From the IMG/VR virus record IMGVR_UViG_3300008954_000038: 20,000 bases of DNA. One strand, 5' to 3'. The DNA is from an uncultured virus (IMG/VR IMGVR_UViG_3300008954_000038). Its lineage: Duplodnaviria > Heunggongvirae > Uroviricota > Caudoviricetes. Under the pieces are notes generated by a model. The model had not been told where the DNA came from, made no database searches, and saw only the letters and a list, made by a program, of their open reading frames with translations. The translations under genes were made by a program, and so were the position numbers. Positions within the stretch are counted from its first letter, which is position 1, and the number at the start of each line of letters is the position of its first letter. Shown here one piece after another: positions 16,479 to 20,000 of the stretch.

Positions 16479-16480
16479 AT
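16452..16480 (+). terminator. Terminator-like hairpin
   Basis: GATTCCGC-GCTAA-GCGGAATC forms a perfect 8-bp stem, followed by TTTATTAT (imperfect U tract). Confidence 0.6.
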
Positions 16481-16491
16481 AATAAAAAAAT

Positions 16492-17067
16492 ATGAATAAT
16501 TTTTACTCAGAGATTAAAAAAATTCAAACAGACAACTGTTCTAGTTCTTTAGATTCTGTTATAGAAAGGTATACTCCCGTTTTCTTATCCATGTACTCCA
16601 AGTTTTTCTTTGCCATGAGAGAAAGCGGTGCAGACCCTTCGGATATCTTAGAAGACAAAGACTTGATTATTTATGAAGCGGCTAAAAGTTTTAATTTAGA
16701 TAAAGGGTCTAGTTTTTGTACTTGGCTCAGTAATAATACTAAATATAAATGCCTGCACTTGATAAATAAAACAAAGAAGAGCTCTTTGTTACAAGAGAGA
16801 GTAAGAAATAACAACGAAACTTCTTTAAATAATTTAAATAAAAATGTTTTTAAACTGAAGGAGCTTAATTCTCATATATTTTCTATTCTAGATTCCTTGA
16901 GAGATAAAAGAATAATGTCTGTTTATAAGTTGAGGTATTTTTCTGGGAATAAAATGACTTGGTCTAAAATAGGCAAGAGCCTAGGGTTCAGCTCTCAAAC
17001 TGCTATAAATTTACACGCAAGGGGGGCTGATATTTTAAAGAAGAAAATAAATAAAATAAATCCTTGA
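16492..17067 (+). CDS. Phage sigma70-family RNA polymerase sigma factor
   Basis: Region 2-like IYEAAKSFNLDKGSSFCTWL (compare A..FD..KG..FSTY) and region 4 HTH VYKLRY....MTWSKIGKSLGFSSQTAINLHARG. Confidence 0.8.
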   Translation: MNNFYSEIKKIQTDNCSSSLDSVIERYTPVFLSMYSKFFFAMRESGADPSDILEDKDLIIYEAAKSFNLDKGSSFCTWLSNNTKYKCLHLINKTKKSSLLQERVRNNNETSLNNLNKNVFKLKELNSHIFSILDSLRDKRIMSVYKLRYFSGNKMTWSKIGKSLGFSSQTAINLHARGADILKKKINKINP

Positions 17068-17092
17068 CACAAAAGCAAGTTTATAGGATACT
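17064..17092 (+). promoter_or_regulatory. sigma70-type promoter with CAAGT spacer motif
   Basis: TTGACA-CAAAAG-CAAGT-TTATAG-GATACT; the -35 contains the TGA stop of the sigma gene; ATG 17103 lies 10 nt downstream. Confidence 0.7.
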
Positions 17093-17102
17093 TAATAAAG
17101 TT

Positions 17103-17414
17103 ATGTCTGACACGAACAAAACAAATAATGAGTGGGACAAACGAGAGCTGGGAGCTCTCTGGACAAAGCAGTCCCAAGGTAGCGGCAAGAAATATTTCTC
17201 TGGCCACATCAAGATACAAACTGATTTTGGTGAGGAGAAGAAGATTAATGTTGTCGCTTTTCACAACAGAGACAAAAAGTCTGAGAACTCTCCCGACTTT
17301 CGGATTTACTTGTCTAGGCCAGCAGGAGAAAGGCAAGGAGGTACAGATAGCTCCCCTGTTACGACAGAAACATCAGCGCCTGTCGCAGGAGAGACTAGTG
17401 ATGCTCTATTGTAA
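17103..17414 (+). CDS. DUF736-like small beta protein (putative nucleic-acid binding)
   Basis: Start revised to ATG 17103, because TTG 17064 is the -35 box. GALW.K.S..GKKYFSG and N..K....PDFRIY motifs, with a disordered tail. Confidence 0.6.
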   Translation: MSDTNKTNNEWDKRELGALWTKQSQGSGKKYFSGHIKIQTDFGEEKKINVVAFHNRDKKSENSPDFRIYLSRPAGERQGGTDSSPVTTETSAPVAGETSDALL

Positions 17415-18496
17415 TGGAGTTTTCAGCCCACCTTCCCGTTAACGGACTAAGTTTTGGCCAAGTTTCCCTTTGTGTTCTCAAGGAGTTTCACAAAAGGGGG
17501 CTTGAGCCTTGCTTATTTCCGATAAACGAAGACATATCAGCTTACTCTTTTGATAAAGAGTTCGTTGATTGGCTGAAAGCCTGCATAAAGAAGTCTCCAG
17601 AAAAACACAAAAGAGACAACCCCTCTATAATGTTATGGCACCTTAATGCCACTGCCTTACAGACAGTATCCTCTAGGTCTTTGCTTCTTTCATTTTATGA
17701 ATTAGACTCCCCGACTCCAGCAGAAATAAACATTGCATCCAACTTTAGTAAGCTGGCTTTTACAAGTAAACACTCTGCATCTATATTTTCCGAATACGGA
17801 CTAAAGCCTGAGTATATACCTCTTGGCTTCGATAATAATCATTTCAAAAAGTTAGATAAGAAATATTATGACGACGGAAGAATAGTATTTAATCTGTGTG
17901 GTAAACTTGAGAAAAGAAAAAGACACAACAAGATCATCAGAGCTTGGGCTAAGAAGTTTGGGAACAATAAAAAATATCACTTGCAATGCGCAATACACAA
18001 CCCTTTTATAGCGAAAGAAATGCCTAGCTTAATAAGCAGGATCTTAGAGGGTAAAAATTATTTTAACATTCAGTTCTTAAATCATATGAGTAAAAATATT
18101 ACTTATAATGATTTTTTGAACTCTGGAGATATCATCTTAGGTCTGTCTGGAGGCGAAGGTTGGGGATTACCCGAATTTCACTCTGTTGCTATGGGCAAAC
18201 ACTCTGTAATCATGAACGCGACAGGGTATACGGAGTGGGCTTCAGAAAAAAATTCGGTATTAGTTACCCCATCCTCGAAGATAAGCTCTGTAGACGGAGT
18301 CTTTTTTAATGAAGGAGCGGAGTATAATCAAGGGAAAATATATGACTTCGACGACGACTCCTTTATACATGCCTGCGAAGAAGCCGTTAAAAGAGTTGAG
18401 TCAAATAAAACCAACGAGGAAGGCCTCAAGCTTCAGAAAGAGTTTACTTACTCTAAAACAGCAGACAAGATTTTAGAACTTATTAAAGATGCCTGA
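17414..18496 (+). CDS. GT4-family (GT-B) glycosyltransferase
   Basis: IPLGFD, FNLCGKLEKRK and DIILGLSGGEGWGLPEFHSVAMGK (EGxGLP signature); TAATG coupling to the upstream gene. Confidence 0.88.
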   Translation: MEFSAHLPVNGLSFGQVSLCVLKEFHKRGLEPCLFPINEDISAYSFDKEFVDWLKACIKKSPEKHKRDNPSIMLWHLNATALQTVSSRSLLLSFYELDSPTPAEINIASNFSKLAFTSKHSASIFSEYGLKPEYIPLGFDNNHFKKLDKKYYDDGRIVFNLCGKLEKRKRHNKIIRAWAKKFGNNKKYHLQCAIHNPFIAKEMPSLISRILEGKNYFNIQFLNHMSKNITYNDFLNSGDIILGLSGGEGWGLPEFHSVAMGKHSVIMNATGYTEWASEKNSVLVTPSSKISSVDGVFFNEGAEYNQGKIYDFDDDSFIHACEEAVKRVESNKTNEEGLKLQKEFTYSKTADKILELIKDA

Positions 18497-18839
18497 ATAT
18501 TTATTTGAAAATCCAGAGACAGGAGAAGTTATATCTGTAATACAAGGTATAGATGAAGAACACACATATTCAGAAGAAGGAAAAGAGTTTTCTAGGGTCT
18601 TTACGATCCCTAACGCTTCTATTGATAGCAGTATTGATCCATTTTCTTCTCAGCATTTTAATGAGAAAACTAAAAATATGAAAGGCTCCATGGGAGATAT
18701 GTGGGATTATTCTAAAGAGCTAAGCGAAAAAAGGAAAAGCATAATAGGTACAGAAGACCCAATCAGAAAGAAAGCAGAAAAAAAATACTCAGAAAAAAGA
18801 AGAGGGATGAAGTATAAGGAGAAGCGTTTTGAAGAGTGA
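18489..18839 (+). CDS. FmdB-like protein lacking the zinc-ribbon cysteines
   Basis: MPEYLFENPETGE...FSRVFTIP parallels the FmdB pattern MPxYxYxCxxCG...xRxxSxP. Confidence 0.55.
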   Translation: MPEYLFENPETGEVISVIQGIDEEHTYSEEGKEFSRVFTIPNASIDSSIDPFSSQHFNEKTKNMKGSMGDMWDYSKELSEKRKSIIGTEDPIRKKAEKKYSEKRRGMKYKEKRFEE

Positions 18840-19375
18840 TAGATAAAACTGCCATTTCCTATCTCTCGAGATTGCTAAAGGCCAGCGAGGAGGCCGTAGA
18901 AAGCTTAACGGACAGCAAGGATGACCGCCTGTTAATAATACGGCAAGCTTCAAAGAAAAGACTAAACAAAAAAATACTCAAAAGACTTCACCCAGAAATA
19001 TCCTCCCTACTAATGGTCTTTAAGGAAGGAGGCATAGCAGGTTTAACAGACAAAGAGATTCTTTTTTTATCAAACGCTTTACATAAGTATTTTTTCGAAC
19101 TCAGAAACGAGGATATGAAAAACTGCCTAAAAAAGAAGAAGGCAGATTCCATTGAAGAGCAGGTAAAATCCTACACTATCTGCCTTGTCGTGACTACCCT
19201 CCACGAAGAGTGTTTGGAAAGCTACTGGAAGTCTTACATGAACGAATCCGACTTACCAAAAGCAATGAAGTTTTACGAAGAATACGCGAAAGATGGACTT
19301 AAAGATTGCGAAATAGATATAAACTTTAATAACTGTAAAGAAGTATTAAAAACAATAAGGGATAAATATTTATGA
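18836..19375 (+). CDS. Hypothetical helical protein
   Basis: 179 aa, with GTGA and ATGA overlaps to its two neighbours. Confidence 0.65.
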   Translation: MIDKTAISYLSRLLKASEEAVESLTDSKDDRLLIIRQASKKRLNKKILKRLHPEISSLLMVFKEGGIAGLTDKEILFLSNALHKYFFELRNEDMKNCLKKKKADSIEEQVKSYTICLVVTTLHEECLESYWKSYMNESDLPKAMKFYEEYAKDGLKDCEIDINFNNCKEVLKTIRDKYL

Positions 19376-20000
19376 GCTCAGAGAAAAGAACATATACAAA
19401 AGACATATTTTATATCATGGCTTTATGCTTAGTAGTAGTAGGTGGTTGTGCCACCCCACTAGGTAAGTTTAACAAGCAAGAAAAGGTTGTAGAAACTATA
19501 CAGCAAGAGAAAACGAACAATGACAACAAGCAGGTGGAGAGTGGAAGGACGTTCGTATACGCTGCAGATCAAGCCCTCCAGAAAGACCCCTCCCCTTCCG
19601 TTGAGTCTCAGGTCGCCAAACAGATGACGACAAGGGGCGTAACAGCCCTAGGCCCACCTTCTATGGAAAATGCCATGAAGTCAGACCAAATGGTTACAGG
19701 CCTTCTTTCTACAGACCCAAAACAAGTGGAAAGCGGGCAGAAAATCTTAGCCACAATGGATAAAGAATTAATAGCTATTCAAAATCAGAATAGAATTTTA
19801 TCTAATCAGCTACAAGACGCCCAAGTAAGACTTAAAGCTATCAACCAAGAGAACGCGCTACAAGCCACAAAGTATTCAAGTTTAATGGGTAAAGTTTACT
19901 GGATCGTAGGGATTGTTATATTTTTAGTTGTTTTAGCGATAGGAATTAAGGTAGTGACAATAGTAGCCCCATTTGCAATACCAGCCAGAGGAGCCAGCTC
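19372..20000 (+). CDS. Lipoprotein with coiled-coil region and downstream TM helix (spanin-like), 3'-truncated; missing from the ORF track
   Basis: Translated by hand: MSSEKRTYTKDIFYIMALCLVVVGG-C26-ATP (signal peptide plus lipobox-like), Q/N-rich heptads (LATMDKELIAIQNQNRILSNQLQDAQVRL), then VYWIVGIVIFLVVLAIGIKVVTIVAPF. The frame is open to the window end. Confidence 0.75.
   Translation, partial: MSSEKRTYTKDIFYIMALCLVVVGGCATPLGKFNKQEKVVETIQQEKTNNDNKQVESGRTFVYAADQALQKDPSPSVESQVAKQMTTRGVTALGPPSMENAMKSDQMVTGLLSTDPKQVESGQKILATMDKELIAIQNQNRILSNQLQDAQVRLKAINQENALQATKYSSLMGKVYWIVGIVIFLVVLAIGIKVVTIVAPFAIPARGAS

Noticed and set aside
17064..17102. TTG start of the 116-aa ORF
   Set aside because: The TTG is the -35 box of a promoter; ATG 17103 fits.
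7296..17442. Short antisense or alternate-frame ORFs within called genes (e.g. 7296, 8037, 9530, 9839, 11233, 11255, 11562, 11805, 12112, 13013, 13469, 13870, 14426, 14446, 16995, 17128)
   Set aside because: They overlap better-supported genes and have shadow-like composition (S/F/L-rich) with no motifs.
1..20000. Stop-codon reassignment, CRISPR array, tRNA genes, integrase/transposase
   Set aside because: Genes tile densely under code 11, with TAA, TAG and TGA all used as stops. I saw no regularly spaced repeats, cloverleafs or recombinase motifs.

Overview
This AT-rich, very gene-dense window most likely comes from a large tailed dsDNA phage using the standard genetic code (inference from gene content). 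Left: the 3' part of a giant (>2300 aa) acidic, probably virion-structural gene, followed by a small Cys-rich gene. Middle (7.3-16.1 kb, minus strand): dCMP deaminase, dUTPase, dNMP kinase, a TylF-type O-methyltransferase, Hsp20, a putative Whirly/PC4-like ssDNA-binding protein, a GT4 glycosyltransferase, a GT9 glycosyltransferase apparently split across two ORFs, and a Rad52/Sak-like annealing protein. Right (plus strand): a sigma70-family factor, a DUF736-like protein, a second GT4, an FmdB-like protein, a hypothetical, and a lipoprotein with a later TM helix (spanin-like). The two arms diverge from a palindromic bidirectional sigma70 promoter. Its rightward half fires into about 350 nt of highly structured, apparently non-coding sequence ending in a terminator-like hairpin just before the sigma gene; I could not assign this candidate ncRNA to a known family. 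Five promoters share an invariant CAAGT in the middle of the spacer, and synonymous strand bias appears to flip near this locus. All protein calls come from motif recognition by eye; no database search was run.
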